Shown in pieces: positions 26,295-39,200 of a DNA stretch of 64,000 nt (position 1 is the first letter of the stretch; every line of letters begins with the position of its first letter). Both the position numbers and the translations under genes were made by a program. Location of the stretch: contig NW_002060946.1 in the NCBI RefSeq assembly GCF_000150275.1, positions 7,908,041 to 7,972,040 on the forward strand, given 5' to 3'. Source of the DNA: Trichoplax adhaerens. Its lineage: Eukaryota > Animalia > Placozoa. The notes beneath the pieces were generated by a model. The model made no database searches. It saw only the letters and a list, made by a program, of their open reading frames with translations, and was not told the origin of the DNA.

Positions 26295-27481
26295 CATGAA
26301 TTCAATCCCAATCAAAAGCATGCTATTCTGACTATTTTGAGTAGGTTATTATTTTACTAGTACTGAACTTAGTAGACAATATCCTTATCATTTTATATCA
26401 GTTTCTATTAATTCACTATATGTGCTAGGTAATACTAAACGAAACTTTAACTTGAAATAACAATCAGATCTTACTCTTAGACGTGCATTTGTACAGTACA
26501 CTTACACAATTTAGCAGATTTTGAAAAATTTATAACCAATAGTTGTCGATTTTTTACTGTCATTATAATAAATAAATCAAAAACCGTACTCGATAATAAT
26601 ACACCGTGTTCATTAAAATAATTTGTATTTTAATAACTCCAATGGTTCTTCTGAAACATATGAGATTCAAATAAAACTTATTTTAATGACCATAATTCGG
26701 ACTGGTATTTCTAGTAAACAGATATCATTGTTTTGTATTGATCGACATCGACTATACGAATAGCTTGCATTTAATGTTTTTGGTGATATTAATAAGCTAC
26801 CTAATAAACAATCCAGAATACTACCGTCAAAACAGACGGTAACTTACAAAATCAATTAGGTGATCAGCGAAGAAGTAGCATTTAACGATATCATATCAGA
26901 TCTCGTTGTAATCTACAGTATTGTCCATATTTAGAAATGTTTAGTACGTGATTAAGAACAAAATTAGAGTTCTTCAAGTATTAAACAAATCAAATAATAA
27001 ATATTGTAAATATATATGAATCAAATTTTTAATTTAAGTCATTACTCTATACCTTAGTAATGGCGAAAAAATAAATTTAATGCAAACTGTGTAAGTTAAG
27101 CAAGATCGTTAAACGAACAACTCATTTTTCTATCAATAGTACGTAGTAAAATAAATTTGACAATTAATAGATCATCATCGTAATAATACTGCAATTTTTA
27201 AGTAATTAAAATTTAATAAATAGCAGCTATGAAGGCATCATCAGAAAAATGCCGTAAAAGAGCAACAAAGTTTGATTTCAATTAATATATGCCTTAAAAA
27301 TACGACTGACAATCTAATTAAAACTAATGCAGGCAAATATTAATTATTGATTTAAATTACAGAGCGTTTGTGCCTTAATAATTTGCAAAATAAAGACTTT
27401 CATTATTGAGGCATCAATATCTAAGAGCATTAATATCTACTTAATAACATAGTCCTTTTTCTTCATAGATCAAAATAACTG

Positions 27482-30307
27482 CTAAAGGATAACAGCCGTA
27501 TTATCAGGACCGCAAAAAATATCTTGCGCTGCATCTTTCAAAGGCACCTAATATCGTTGGCACGCGTGAAATAATTGAAACTTAATCCATGACAATTATC
27601 GAAATCATAATTATCATTCACCTATACCTATAGTAATAAAGCATTCTAATTTTGTGTCGTCTCCAGTGCACTGCACAAGATACAAAACTTACATGACATG
27701 GCGCAAAAGCATCTTCATCGTTACCTATACCAAGTTTACCAAAAGAACCTCTACCCCAAGTATAGACTTTTCCAGTGTCTAGACATAAAAGATAGGTTTG
27801 CCCGTAAATAAAAAGTTATTTGCAACACATTATTACTAAAATGTACCAGATAGTGCAACTGCATGATTTATGCTGCATGCAATTTTCTTCACTTTTGCTC
27901 CATCTGGAAATCGAATTAACCGCGGTTCACGACAATCCATGATCTCGTTACCAACTCCCAATGCACCAAATCCCCACACAAATACATTACCCGTCTCTAT
28001 CGATGTGAAATGAGTAACAACTTAACATTTGATCATGCAACCTCAGAATTAAAGCTTTAACTCATCTCCCTTTAAACCCTACCAGTGCATGCTAAACAAA
28101 ATGAACCTCCAGCTGCTACTTGTACAATCTTCTCCTTTATGCAGTCTAAGCTTATACGTTTGGGAAGACAAATCTAAAGTTTATAAATAATTTTAAAGAA
28201 GCAAGCGATGAGACAGACTTCAGTTAACATAAGTTTTCATTATCAAGTGCTTGGGTCTGAAGACTCCAAAATAGAAAAAAGGCACCTGCTTTGCATCATC
28301 ATCAAACTGTAGCTGACTATATTCTGTATCACCCCAACCATAGACAGAACTATCATCTATTTCAAAGATAACAAGAAAATTACTGGATTGCTATACGTAC
28401 AATATTGCTTTACATAATCAAAACACTCATATCCCAGACCTGCTAGAGCTAGCACAGTATCAGCTGAAGTGGCTATATGGACGATTGTTTTGTGCTTTAG
28501 CTCTCCTTCAACACAGGTAAATTGGTAAATATTTTCATGTTTTCCCAATCCTACGCGATAGAACAAATTCATTATACAGTAAATCTATTAAATTAGAGAC
28601 GATAGGAATCAACAGCAGGCAACAATTATCCTCTAGCATACTTGCGAAGTGTTAAGTACTTGCCTGATTGGCCGTCGCTGCTTAAACCACAGGAAAATAC
28701 CTGGCCATCGGTTGTAACTAATAAACTATGATCCAGTCCACAGCAAATCTGTCAACGATACAAAATTAGTAAGTATATTGTAAGCGCTTATTATATGAGA
28801 ACTAAAATGAAAGCATTCAAAATTTCAAATACCTGTTTGAAAGATAAATTGGGTAAAGACTCTAATTGCGTAAACCTTGTGACCTCTGGCTCATGCGATT
28901 TCCTATAGAAAGACATGACATGCGAGCAATTAAAGAGGAGCTCAATTCCAGCAATGTTTCTCCTTCCATAATTGTAAAATTCAGTAATAATTACGGGTAT
29001 CAGTAAGCAATATTTACTGGTTAATTCCGCATTGACCAAACAAATTGTTACCAGCTGCATAGACTAAAAATGCAAAAATACAATGCATTACTAGAAGTTA
29101 CTACACGATATAATGTAGCAAGTTGCACAATGTACATATAACTTTCCAGAAACACTGTTCACATTAATTAACTGGTACAAATACGAAACGGAGAAGTAAT
29201 GGTGCTTTAGATAGCTCAACATTAGTCACAACAGAGCATTATAAATCGATCTTAAAATAATATTATATCTAGTCAGAATGCCTTGCAATCGTTGTCAATA
29301 TGATTATCAAAAAGCTACATTGGTAGTAGTTGATTGTATTCAATTAAAGTAATACCAATTTGGCTTGTATGTTACTAAGCATTACCATAGTAAAGTTAAT
29401 TTGATACCTTGATTGTTTGTTGTTAAGATTAAAGAATGACTTCTTCCACAAGCAACTTGTTGAATAGGAAAGTTATGAGGCATTTCGACTGATCTTATAC
29501 CTGAAATAGAACGAGCGTTAGCGATTATTAATTACCATTATCCATGAACAATTAAATTGGCTATTTCTTCTGATATCCATTAAACGATCGCGTAATAAAG
29601 GATACTAAAGCTAGTTTGACAATTAGTGCGCAACCTTCAATACATTCATTTTCAGATGCCGGTAATCCTAGCTGTGAACGTAAATTTAATCCAGTAACAA
29701 GCACATCAGACGTTGCATCTGCCATAATAAGATAGTTATAGCCAATGCCAAGGCTAGTAATCTGTCCGGTAAGAGAGTGCAATTAGGAACTTTATAAATT
29801 AACTCTTATGCAAACAGCATCCAATTTAAACTTATGCGTACAATCAAGCAAACTTGTCACCAATATTGTAATCTTTTTTTTTTAATCTATAAGGAAATAT
29901 CTGTAGAACTAGTGCGACTGACCAATAACGAGAGTCCAACAAGGCATCTTGTTCAATTACTAAATGCTGAATTTGATGCAATGCCTCAAGCAAACTAATC
30001 TCTAGTATTCCATACGTTGTATTTATGTCATTCATTGCAGCTATACCTGTGGTGAGTCCAGAAGCATCGGTTTAGCAATATACTGTGTACTTAAAGTGCC
30101 ATCAACCTTTTTTTCTACCAAATTCTGGCCTAAAATACCGCTATCAGCAGCCCCCCAGAGATAAACTCGACCTGCACGAATGGCTGCTGATGATATTGAA
30201 CGGCAATTAACAGCAGCTATCCTTGTCGTAGTAGCGCTGCATCGTAATCCTCGTGGACAAAGATGTAACACCTTGGTCATTGTAGTTAACTTGTTCCATA
30301 GTACCAT
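27482..30307 (-). CDS. RCC1L: RCC1-like mitochondrial protein (WBSCR16), about 12 exons
   Basis: Arg/Ser-rich presequence then VYLWG..SGILG; GLNLRSQLG; QQVACGRSHSLIL; YAAGNNLFGQCG; ICCGLDHSLLVTTDGQVFSCGLSSDGQSGLG; YGWGDTEYSQL; VFVWGFGALG; YTWGRGSFGKLGIG; last exon VPLKDAAQDIFCGPDNTAVIL* (stop 27482-27484). Start is 30307 or 30280. Confidence 0.9.
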
Positions 30308-30464
30308 CCTAAAGACTTCAAGTTTTGCAATTTTAATGGATAAGCTTAATCGCAGGTAGTGATGAAAGTAATAGCCAATGTTTAACGAGTAGTTACCATA
30401 GCGAATAGTTCGACGATGAGCATTTTATTCTTAACCTTAAATCCTTAATTACTCAGCTTCTTTA

Positions 30465-30612
30465 GTACGGCTCGGCTCGGTTCGGTACGGTGCGGTATTT
30501 ACTTGGACAGAGTTGGACTCAGTACAGTACTGTACTGTACAGTACAGTGTACAGTATAGTATACAACGTAGAGTACATAGTACTGTGGTGCTGTACTGTA
30601 AGATACAGTACC
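30465..30612. promoter_or_regulatory. Promoter-proximal cluster of nested TA-CWG-TA and CGG pentamers upstream of RCC1L
   Basis: 30523-30544 reads TA-CAG-TA-CTG-TA-CTG-TA-CAG-TA; 30466-30497 reads TACGG CTCGG CTCGG TTCGG TACGG TGCGG TA; further TACTGTA and TACAGTA copies extend to 30610. Confidence 0.6.
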
Positions 30613-31285
30613 ATGTTAGTGATCCGGCTGAGACTAGTGGTCTAAATGGTCTGATGTGGTCCGGTCCGGACCCGAGTCTGCAGAATGGAATGCAAAGTAT
30701 CATGGAGCATGTCTGCCTCCAAGTTAAGGCAACAGCTGTCTAACGAAAACATGAATAATATGACCGATCTTGGTCCTACTGCATGTATTTATACTATAAT
30801 TAGTAGTAGCAGTCGTTATACCCTAATATAGATTCAATCTAGCTATTTACACATCAAGAACTACTCATGGCAATTACCGTGACACTACAATTTTTCTGGA
30901 AATACAGTCGTAGAGCAGACTTTTTATCTCTATGCAGTTTGACTAACTTTATTGTGAGTTGTAGCAGTAGAGCAGAATAAGATATAGTCGATAAACATAC
31001 TCTACAGAATTGGCGTAACTACTTTGAAAACGATGATACCTAACTTGTTGACAACGTGAAGACTGTTAACAATTTAACGTAACTTCTACTGTATTTTAAG
31101 ATCAAAATTAGCTACCATATTGATCATAATCAAAGCATGGGTGTTATACTAACTAAATACTGTATACAGCTTGACTGGTATTCTTACGTTGTATAATTCT
31201 AAACAGAATGATGTTGCCGAATAGTAATAAATTCTAGCCTGAAGCTACAATAGTTTTACAGTGCACAATCTTGAACGAGAGTTCC

Positions 31286-31795
31286 AAGAATTAACCATCA
31301 TTACAAACTATACGGGTATATCACCAAACTACAACGACATTGCTACAATAATTATAAAAATTAACTGTTATTGCATGCAGTATATGCATATCACCTAACT
31401 AAAACAATATTGCTAGATTAATTATAAGGATTAGCTATCATTATATATATCACCAAACCACAACGACATTGCTAGAATAGTGATAAGAATGAACCATCAT
31501 TACATATATATGTTATATACATGTTACGGAAAAACGTAACTACAACGATTTGCTAGCATAATTATAAAAATTAACCATTATTACACACTGTATGTTACCG
31601 TAACATATATACATATAAAATAATAAGAATGAACCACTATTACACATGCAGTAAATATATATTACCAAACTAAAGTGACATTGCTTGATTAATTATAAGA
31701 ATTAGCCATCATTACATATATATATATGTTATATATCACCAAACTACAACGACATTTGCTAGAATAATTATAAAGATTAACTATCATTTCATATG
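31286..31795 (+). repeat. Degenerate minisatellite, about 60-85-bp unit, about 7 copies
   Basis: Consensus approximately TCACCAAACTACAACGACATTGCTAGAATAATTATAAGAATTAACCATCATTACATATATA, recurring near 31321, 31391, 31450, 31537, 31663 and 31736. Confidence 0.85.
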
Positions 31796-32839
31796 TAATT
31801 GGCCATCCAAAAATATCAAAATGATTCTAATCTTTGCTTATCCCCTCTCGGCTGATTTGTCAACTATTATACAATTGCGCGTGTTGAAAAGGTACTCTAA
31901 TTGACAATATTTTAAAATGTTATCGTTGTATAATAGTCCAAGTATCACCCGAGAAGGTACTGTATAATCACATACTTTGCTCTAGATAAATGAATATATA
32001 TGTTACGTATGTTATGTATACATATCCATTTATAATACGTGCATTGTTACTAAGTTTGATTATGGTACAATAACTATACTAACTTCTAAAGCAAATTATA
32101 ATAGCAGCCTAGACAAATAAAAATAGGTAGCATAGATGTACATGAATTGAGTTTATCTTGAAAATATCTACATATGCCTTCTCCATCATCATAACTGCTT
32201 TCCGATGAATATTTTTAGCCGTTAATCACCACGGAAGGACTTAAAATGATGATAATATATCAGTACACAATATTTCTTTTATTGGCAGAATGATCTAATT
32301 CCGATGTCAGCTATGTGGTAGTTACCTATAGTAATTACCGGATTTCAACTAATTCCATCATTGTTTTTGCTATACTACGCGTTCTTACTGAATTGTCACC
32401 TGAATGCCAATATACACCATGCAGTGGGCATGTGATTATTCAAATAATTTGAATAATTTTTATTATTGCGTAAGAGGGAGCCGTTAACCCAATAAAAGAT
32501 GCCATGAATAATTAATTAACTTTGCTAATCAATTGCTTTTTCAACTCCTTGTTACGATAGGCTGTAGTTACAAGTAACGTGAAAGTTATGTGAACTAGCC
32601 AGTTGTAACTTGTAACTGTGCCTAGTAGTAATCGAAATTTTACTTTCTTCGACAAGGCACGAACTTTAAAGGTCATTTTACTACATATAATTCTTTTAAG
32701 ATATTGCTTCAACTATTCAAAACCATCTATAATTATGATAACGTGAAGAAATGAAACAACAATAATGTTGACGTCAATTATTCCCACTGTAATGTGATAG
32801 CTGATATTGCTATCAAAACTTCTACAGACAACGCCAGCA

Positions 32840-35800
32840 ATGAACGTCAAAATCAAAAACAGAAGTCAACATGCGATCGCCAATGAAAATTTTAATAATG
32901 GTAACTACCAAGCTGCACTTACATTGTACATGCAAATACTGGAGGACTGTCGCAAAGTTGATCATCAAATCGACAAGGCAACCCAAGCAGATCTATGTAA
33001 TGCCAACTTAAATGTTGCCAAAGCCCACTGTATGCTTTATCATAGCCAACAAGCAAATCACTTTTGTTGCCAATCACATCAATTAGCTAAGCAATTAACC
33101 GATAATCACTTAATAGTAGCCGAATGCCATGATTGCTCTGGTGATATTAAAAGACTGGCTGGTCGATATTGTGAAGCATTGGTAGAATATCAAGAATCGT
33201 TTAGTACTAGAATTAGCGTCAAAGGAGAAGACAATCCGAGTACGGCAAAGTCATTTAACAAAATTGGTAAAATACTTTATTTACAACAAAAATATAATGA
33301 ATCTCTTCACATGCAGCAAAAAGCACGTAATATTTTATTACTACAAGTAGATAACAACAATATTCCAAACATCGATATTGCCGAAGTTTATTCCGATATT
33401 GGAATGGTTTACATGTCACAAGGAAATTTATTAGATGCAAGCATTCTATTTGAGAAATCGTTACTCGTTATTATTAAAATATTAGGAGAGAATAATCTAC
33501 GAGTAGCGGATATATATAATAAACTTGGTTCGGTTTATTTAATGCAAAATCAATTAGAAGAAGCTACAGCTATGTTTAAAAAAGCTACTAATATAATTAA
33601 TGAGATAATCGGTCTGAATACTTTAGAAGCAGCTACGACTTTTAATAACTTTGCTAGAATTCAACTAGCGCAAGGCAAATACGACGAAGCCGAATTAATG
33701 TGCTCAAAATCTTTGAGTATACAAATAGTACGATTAGGGAATAATCATTTAAAAATCGCAGAAACCTATACAACTCTAAGCCAAGTGTATAAAGGAGTCA
33801 AGAAATACAATGAAGCAATAGATGCCCTACAAAAAGTCATAAACATGCAGCGTATGATATTAGGCGATAGGCACTTGATCATTGCAGAATCTTACTTTAA
33901 TATAGGTGAAATTTACGACTTACAAGCCAGCTATGACGATTCGCTATTATTTTATCAAGTATGTTTAAAAATTCGACTAGAAATTAGTGGGGATATGGAT
34001 GAAAATGTGGCCAAAACCTATCATCGTATCGGATTAGCCCAGTTCTCACTAGGAGAATATAACAATGCTCTAAATCACTATCATCATGGATTACGATGCT
34101 ATCTAGAAATGATTGGATTTCAGAATTTAACTGTAGCTTCATTACTTAATGATCTTGGATTTGCTAATCAAAAGTTAGAAAATTATAACGAAGCAATTAG
34201 CGTTCATTCTCAAGCTATATCCATACAACGGCGATTGCTGGGTCAATGCAATTCATCTTTAGCTTCATCATATAATAGCATTGCAATAGCTTATCAACTG
34301 AATGGCAACTTTAACCAAGCTATATGCATGCTACAGAAAAAATTAAAAATTCAGTTAGTATTACTGGGAAAGAACGATACAAAAATTGCTAATACATACA
34401 GCAATCTCGGATCGTTATATCAACTACAAGGTAAATATGTTGATGCATTAGTTATGTATAAAAAGTGTAAAAAAATTCTACTCAAAGTCTTGGGTAATAA
34501 CAATATAGATTTAGCAGAATCACACCGTAATATAGGATTCATTTACATACTACAAGGTCGATATGACGATGCAATGTCATTACTTAGGCAAAGTTTACAA
34601 ATTTATTATGAAAAACTAGGCCAAAATGATTTAGAAGTAGTTAAAGTGTATGAGAATATCGGATCAATATACAATTGCCAAAGAGATTTCAGTAGCGCAT
34701 TAGGAGCCTACCGGAAATGTTTAGCAATAAAGCTAACGCTGTTAGGAAATAGTCATTTTGATTTAGCGGTGACTTATAGCGATATTGCTTCTATTTATTA
34801 TTCAATTGCTCAATTCGATCAAGCTCTAGATTCTTATGAGAAATGTTTAAAAATTCAAGAAAACCATCTTGGTCTCGATCATTTACAAGTAGCAACAACA
34901 TATTATAATATTGGAAAGATATATTATCTACAAAACAAGCAAGATACCGCTTTAGCTATGTATAACAAGTGTAAAAATATCCAACTGAAAAGTCTTGGCG
35001 AAAAAAATCCTACCATTGCTAAATTATATATCAGCATAGGATTAGTACATGTATCGAAAGAGCAATATGAAGATGCTATGTTGTTATATCAGAAAGGATT
35101 AGCAATTCAAATAAAATATTTGGGTAGTAATAATTCGCAGACTGCATCGACTTTATCAAATATAGCATCAGTCTACAAAGCTCAAAATAAATTTGATGAC
35201 GCTATATCTTTATATAACAATTGTATTTCTATCGAAGAAGAATTATCGGGTGATCATCATGGATGCATGATAATATTATATCAAAATTTGGCCTCAACCT
35301 ATGAATCATGCGATAAATTAGACGATGCAATCAAGGCATATCACAAATGTTTAAATATTCAACAACACCTATTTGGAGAAAATAGTCTCCACGTCGCTTC
35401 CACATTTAATGATATTGCTTCCATTTACGTCAAGCAAAGCAAGCACAACGATGCAGCATTTCAATGTGAAGAAAGTATTAAGATACTTAATAAAGCTCTT
35501 GGAGATAAGAGTCTACTAGTTGTAACTATGTATAATAAATTAGCAAATATTTATGCAGAACAAGGGCACATAGATAAGGCTTTAACCACATTACATCAGA
35601 GTCTGGACATCTTTCTAGCACTTCGAAAAGAAAAAAGCTCCAAAAATGAAACTATTTTATTTCGAGACGCCTTAGAATGCAAACAACAATTTAAATGTTT
35701 TGATCAGATGTCATTATTACAAAAGACCGTCGATATTCAACAGAATTTTTTGGGTGACTACAATTCACTTGTTTCTATGTCAAATCATAACTCTGGAAGC

Positions 35801-36253
35801 ACATACCTAGCAGCAGATAGATTAGATGATGCATTAAAAATTTGCAACAAATGCTTAAAAATTCAACGGCAAATTCTTGATGACAACCATCCCGCTTTAG
35901 CTAAAACCTATTATAAGCTGGGGATAATTTATCTACAACAGGACAATCATAAGGATGCTCTGAGCATGTTTCAGCTATCTATTGATATCCAAAATAGAAA
36001 TGATGACGATAACGATGCTCTGTTAGCCAATTGTTATCAAAGCATTGCTTCGATCTATAAGCTAAGCGGTAATAAAACTTCAGCAATCATGATGTACGAT
36101 AAATGTTTAAACATTCAGAAAACTCTATTTGGAGAAAGTTATCCAAATATTTCCGAAATTTGTCAAGAGCTGAATGAAATCGCTATAACCGACTCGCGTA
36201 AGTTCTACAATATTGAAAAAATAATTAGCCCACAATGTGAATTTTATGTGTAG
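32840..36253 (+). CDS. Intronless TPR-repeat protein (42-aa kinesin-light-chain/nephrocystin-3-type repeats), about 1137 aa
   Basis: More than 20 tandem units of form A.TY.NIG.IY..QG.Y..AL..Y.KCL.I....LG..H; no NTPase or enzymatic domain visible. First ATG at 32840; the ORF-track start at 32807 is TTG. Confidence 0.92.
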   Translation: MNVKIKNRSQHAIANENFNNGNYQAALTLYMQILEDCRKVDHQIDKATQADLCNANLNVAKAHCMLYHSQQANHFCCQSHQLAKQLTDNHLIVAECHDCSGDIKRLAGRYCEALVEYQESFSTRISVKGEDNPSTAKSFNKIGKILYLQQKYNESLHMQQKARNILLLQVDNNNIPNIDIAEVYSDIGMVYMSQGNLLDASILFEKSLLVIIKILGENNLRVADIYNKLGSVYLMQNQLEEATAMFKKATNIINEIIGLNTLEAATTFNNFARIQLAQGKYDEAELMCSKSLSIQIVRLGNNHLKIAETYTTLSQVYKGVKKYNEAIDALQKVINMQRMILGDRHLIIAESYFNIGEIYDLQASYDDSLLFYQVCLKIRLEISGDMDENVAKTYHRIGLAQFSLGEYNNALNHYHHGLRCYLEMIGFQNLTVASLLNDLGFANQKLENYNEAISVHSQAISIQRRLLGQCNSSLASSYNSIAIAYQLNGNFNQAICMLQKKLKIQLVLLGKNDTKIANTYSNLGSLYQLQGKYVDALVMYKKCKKILLKVLGNNNIDLAESHRNIGFIYILQGRYDDAMSLLRQSLQIYYEKLGQNDLEVVKVYENIGSIYNCQRDFSSALGAYRKCLAIKLTLLGNSHFDLAVTYSDIASIYYSIAQFDQALDSYEKCLKIQENHLGLDHLQVATTYYNIGKIYYLQNKQDTALAMYNKCKNIQLKSLGEKNPTIAKLYISIGLVHVSKEQYEDAMLLYQKGLAIQIKYLGSNNSQTASTLSNIASVYKAQNKFDDAISLYNNCISIEEELSGDHHGCMIILYQNLASTYESCDKLDDAIKAYHKCLNIQQHLFGENSLHVASTFNDIASIYVKQSKHNDAAFQCEESIKILNKALGDKSLLVVTMYNKLANIYAEQGHIDKALTTLHQSLDIFLALRKEKSSKNETILFRDALECKQQFKCFDQMSLLQKTVDIQQNFLGDYNSLVSMSNHNSGSTYLAADRLDDALKICNKCLKIQRQILDDNHPALAKTYYKLGIIYLQQDNHKDALSMFQLSIDIQNRNDDDNDALLANCYQSIASIYKLSGNKTSAIMMYDKCLNIQKTLFGESYPNISEICQELNEIAITDSRKFYNIEKIISPQCEFYV

Positions 36254-39200
36254 TAATTTGTCTTATATTCTTCAAGTGAATAACGCCTGTAATACTGCAT
36301 ATTTTATCTAGCAAGAAATCAAACTTCTTTATTCAAGAATTGTAGACAAAGCTAAGAAATTAAGACGTACATTCAGGAAAAGTATTCATGTATTTCTTAA
36401 GGTATAACAGGACATTAGCATAATATATTTGAGGTATAAGTATTACTTTATGCACTTACTGAACAACATTCATGAATTACTTGTATATATACAAACGAAA
36501 TAATACATTGTAGCAAGGATAAAGCCTATACCAGTGCGTAATTTAATACGGTAGTAAAGTAAATTCAACATTTGATAAATAATAATCAGATAAAGGCATT
36601 TTAACTCGAACAAATACTGTGTGCAGTAACACTTATACAGATAATTTTCTACCGTCAAGAAAAGTTCGTTATGATACCCAATTAGTCTTACGTAACAGAA
36701 TTTGTACCGGAATTTTCAGATTACCGATGATATAAACTATTTTTGGCAAGTTCAAATACATATATTACTTAATTTCACTAATAGAAACTATATTACAAGA
36801 TCATAGTATCTATTCGGTTGAAATATGAAAAAGGGATACTGTTAAATTTCTTATCCGTAAACTTACATTTATCATCTGCTGTACAATTGTATACTTAGCA
36901 GATAATTTTATTTTTATTTCAGACAAATAATAATTCTATCACGTAATTAAAAAACGATGATAGCATTCATGAAATGATAAATAACTTGATCAACTTCTAC
37001 TAAATTTAATGTAGCATAAGGGTATATATTGTATAAACTTGCATGAATTATGTTATACTTTTCTAAATCGTAACTATTTTCATTCTAGAATATCAATTTT
37101 ACTTGAAATTGATTTAAGGTTAAATAGCTAGGTCTACCATGATTTGTATAGATAATTGTATTGCTGGAGCAATAAAATTGCTGTAGATGAATCTGCATGT
37201 TGTATTTAGCTGCAATTAACTGAAAAGCCATTTTTAACGATACTTATTTGTATCACTTATAACATTCAATGTTAATCTCTTGAATAAATGCGCGTATGTC
37301 TTCATAATTTTAACTTGTAGCAATTTATATATTTTTTTCTGGTACTTAGTTCGAATAGCCTTAGATAATTATGTCTAAGATCTTTAGTTTGCTCTAAAAA
37401 ATAATGTCATTACGATCTCACTCCATGATGAATTCCCTGTGCGCACTTATTTCATTTAGCCCGGACTAATTTTAGCTATCAAGTAAAACAGGATCCATTT
37501 TTTATAAGTATTAAATTAGAATCGCAAAATTCAATATGTTACTAGTACAGAAAGAAAAAATAGTATTGAATATGAATTTAGATAAACATACACACTAAGT
37601 AGAGGATATTGCCATAAGATCTCAATTGCTAATTACAGCATAGCATGAAAGTCATTTCTTGGGAACAGAGTTAAGTGCGTAATATCGAGCTTTGTAGAAT
37701 AATTTTATGAAGTTGCATTCACAACTACGGTTTCTGTTAAAAGCGATGCAAATTATGTATCAGACTTTCTTATATCAGTTTAAGACGGAAAATACTATAA
37801 ACCTTAATACTTTATACATAAATACATATTTAGCGATTACTTAATTCTAGGTTACAATTTCTCGTACTAGAACTCATGATTAGTAGAATATTTTAGATAT
37901 CCGTATACCCGTATCCGAATGTTCTGCCTAGCGATTCCAGGCTGAAAATTACGATCTTTCAACCCAAGAAATAATAATACATAGCAACAATAAGTACATA
38001 TCCATAACATATTTTCCTCAAATGATACAGCTATATTGAGATTTTAAGATGAAGTAAAGATAGCAGTGAAAATCCTATCTTTCCGTTTATAAGTTTGTTT
38101 ACGCTCTTTCTTTTATGCGATATAAATATATATTGCAAAAGGAAATTTATAATACACATCCTTTTAGAAAATTAGTATGTTATAGGCTAAATTTATTAAT
38201 GAAGGAGAAATGGTACAAGTAATCTGTTCACCACTTGCATAATATGGGTTTACAATTAATGTCTTATTGACTATGAATTGCACTGGCTGGTGCAATCGGA
38301 AAATATAAAGTTAATCTTAATTTACTATCTAATTTAAGAAACGATACTAAATTCCCATAAAACTACGTACATTCTCATACTGATGATAGACTACGGAATT
38401 TGATGGAACGTTATTCTAATTGTGAGTTATTTCGGCGAGAAAAGTATGAGCAGGATAGCTAAAGTGAACGAAAATCTATAGGTTGTTAAACGTATGTTAA
38501 CAGAATGCAATTTACTTTATATATGCGATAGAACTGTTGAGTTGATTTCAATAACTATCTATAAGTCTATAAGATATTGACTTATTTTCAAAATAGTAAA
38601 TAAAATGGAATAAGATTTAGCTGAATAATTAGAGAGTCTAGACATACCTGGAAACATAAAGCCTAACTCTAACTTAGCTTCTAGCTAAACTGCTGTATAT
38701 AATTGTATAATTTTACATCAAGGTCAATTAATTAAGCTAAAATTTTGCCTTACATTTTATCAATATTATAATCTTTAACTTTGTGACGATCGTATTGACG
38801 TGAAATTCAATTGATTAAGAAATTACCATTCAAGTGGCTTACGATATATAACTGAAGAATAGGATGAAGCAAAATTTTTTATTAGATTATATCAAATTGT
38901 GATTTTAGGTTAATAGGATTTATATAACATAAAAATTGAAAATTTTTCATTACTTTTATTAGTAATCATTGAATATATTGCAGAAAATTAAGATAGGTCA
39001 ATATTGCCATCATCTTTCAATATGACACGCAACGGATTAATTGGACATGTGTCTGACAAATAATTACCATAAAAAAGAGCATTTTATCATGGAGAATTAT
39101 ATGCAATTTCTTTCGCTAGATGCTTGCTAATTTGATGTTTACTGTTTCATATCATAATCTGTGCAAATTGATGTAAATTTTTTACTGGGTTTTTTCGATA

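Noticed and set aside
29597-29605. GTATCCTTT (U12 donor consensus) on the minus strand inside RCC1L
   Set aside because: It is phase 0, while the next exon requires phase 1; upstream GT donors fit the frame.
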